From Podarcis melisellensis (Eukaryota): 64,000 bases of DNA. Both the position numbers and the translations under genes were made by a program. The notes under the pieces are model-generated. The model saw only the letters and a program-made list of their open reading frames with translations, searched no databases and had not been told where the DNA came from. The stretch lies in NCBI GenBank assembly GCA_964234715.1, contig OZ174290.1. One strand, given 5' to 3'. Shown piece after piece: positions 61,983 through 64,000 of this stretch; the stretch's first letter is position 1; the number at the start of each line of letters is the position of its first letter.

Positions 61983-62792
61983 TTTCTGTCTTTACCTGCC
62001 AGCAAATGGTTAACGAATGGCAGCCTCTGATTGGCCGTGGTTCCAAGGGGGAGAGTTTAAAAGGAGAGGATTTGGAGAGAGACAGTTAGTTAAGAGCATT
62101 GGCTGAGGTGGGTTAGAATTGAGGTTAGGAGATAGGTAGGGAGACAGGTTGAGGTAAAAAGAGTTAATGGGAAAAAGAGTTGGTTCTGGACAAAAACAGC
62201 TTCTGCTCTCAGCGTATTGTGGAGGACAGAATGTGGTGGTGCACAGAGTTTTTTAGCCCCCCCCCCGGTGACTTTTTGTACACAATAAGGATCCCGCGAT
62301 CTACCAGGATCAGCTGGGGATCTACTGGTAGATCGCAATCTACTGGTTGGACATCCCTGGTCTATTACCTAAAGTACCTCGGGAGCAGGATTGTTAAAGG
62401 AGTTTGGATAACTGAAAGAAAGTATCACTGTATAAAGGAACCAAACTCTAAAACAACTGAGGGTGAATTTAAGCAAAATCACACTGTATTCCTGATGTAG
62501 CCTAAGTTTAACCCATTTGTGTTATACACTATCTTGCCTTAAATAATTTTTTATTGTTTATTTAAAGAAAACCTGTCTGAGACTCCAACTTACTAGTTAT
62601 CCCCTCACAAAGGTCCCCCCGCAGGATACGCTGGGGTAGAATTTTAAGAGGAAAATAAAAGAAACCTTCGGGTAAAGGGTTGTTCAGTGATCTGGCGGCA
62701 ATTTATCTAAGAGAGAGCGGGCCCAACAGCATGAGAGGAAAAAGTGCCGTTGCACCCGTCCCATGCTGCTCCCAAGGGGAGGCGTTTTCACA
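61983..62792 (+). mobile_element. Possible 5'-truncated solo LTR
   Basis: ctgattgg followed by tttaaaagg, purine-rich tract, AT-rich block, ends ...tcaca; truncates the hAT MITE at 61982; no 5' TG or TSD seen. Confidence 0.35.
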
Positions 62793-64000
62793 AGGCTCTC
62801 TGGTCATCTATCCCTGGGGTTGGCAGCTGGATCTGGCCGACAGGTCAGATCCTGACTCCCTCCACCCCCTGTGGACCACTTTGACCGCTGTGAGCTGTCA
62901 ATCACATGACACCACATGATGCTTTTCTGCCAATCTTGGCTCCCGAGGGGATTTGTAGTGAAGGAGACCGCATTTCAGATATTCAGGGCCTGAGTCATTT
63001 AGGACTTTGAACATTAATGTGACGGGCCTGAAATTAAAACAGGTAGACAATTTATGGGGTGGGGGGAGATAGAGCCTTTTTGTCAGTTGCTGATTCCCCC
63101 TTTTTTAACTGGAGGTGCCAATGATTATAAATGTTTCCTGATTTTAAATGAAGGTAAAGTTAGCAAAGATCGTATAATACAGCAGTCTCTGAAAATGTCC
63201 CCTCAAATGATAAATCTGATGTCAACCTGCCCCTGCACTGAGGCTCTTACCTTGCTGCCATCAATGCCCAAAATAAGGGGAGGCTTCACTATCATTTCAA
63301 CACTAAGTGAAAAATTCTCTATTTCCCTCAGCTTCTAAACACTGCTAGCTTTTCAGGGTTTCAAATCGTTTTAAGCTTTTTAAAATTGTTTTATCTGGCT
63401 TTTTTAAAATGTGTTTTATTTGTGTGAGAGGGAGATGCTGGTTGGCTGTTGAAATGGACAAACAAATGAAATATTTAAAATGTATATATGAATGTGTGAC
63501 TTTATTAGCTGGATCAGAGCAAAGTGTCTGTCTAGTCCCATTTCCAGCAGCAGGCTGCCAGATGGAAATTTGCAAAGAAAGTCATGAAAGCAAATGGCTC
63601 CCTTTGGTTGCAAGACCCCGGCATCTGGAGCTGAGCTCTGGCGCAGAAAAAGCTCTGGCTCCCTGCGAGTCCTAGTCCATAAATCATGAGCCAGCCCTCA
63701 GGAGTTCCCCTTTTCATTTTGCTCTCCTGCTGGGGTTGGATGTCATTTTGGCATGGATGCCAACCAATCAGGATGCCAGCTATGGGCAAGAGGCCAACCA
63801 AGCAGGGTTCCCATCCCAACCAGAGTTGGAGTAGATTAGCAAGGTTGGTCAAGTTGGCGCTAACCTTCCTTTCGCCCCGCCATTTGCGGACACAGTCTAT
63901 AGCAGGGGTAGCCTACGTGGTGTCTTACAGCTCTTGTCTTCCCAAGCTATTGGCCATGCCAGCTGGGGTTGATGGGAGTTGTAGTCCACATATGGAGGAC

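Overview
Vertebrate genomic DNA, almost certainly a squamate and most likely a lacertid lizard (inferred from Sauria/Squam1, Squam2- and Squam3-like SINEs, a tRNA-Lys/CR1-tail SINE, BovB and lizard-type hAT/mariner MITEs). It holds two divergent genes. APPBP2 lies on the - strand and is complete: 13 coding exons, all GT-AG, 44067 down to 7660, 1761 nt = 586 aa, a 21.6 kb first intron and a 3' UTR that may reach ~7.4 kb. PPM1D/Wip1 lies on the + strand with coding exons 1-2 present (53194-53551, 61481-61709) and continues past the window. Most supplied ORFs are spurious (UTR, intron, TE, or GC-rich antisense frames). I found no new protein-coding system. The best leads are regulatory or structural: (i) an orphan, motif-dense CpG promoter at ~49.75-50.02 kb with a candidate splice path into APPBP2 exon 1; (ii) three consecutive perfect hairpins at 51196-51340; (iii) a p53 element in the PPM1D leader whose CATG core opens a polyproline uORF; (iv) MITEs carrying ETS/NRF1 and ZNF143-type motifs. 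TE family names and human comparisons come from recall, not database searches.
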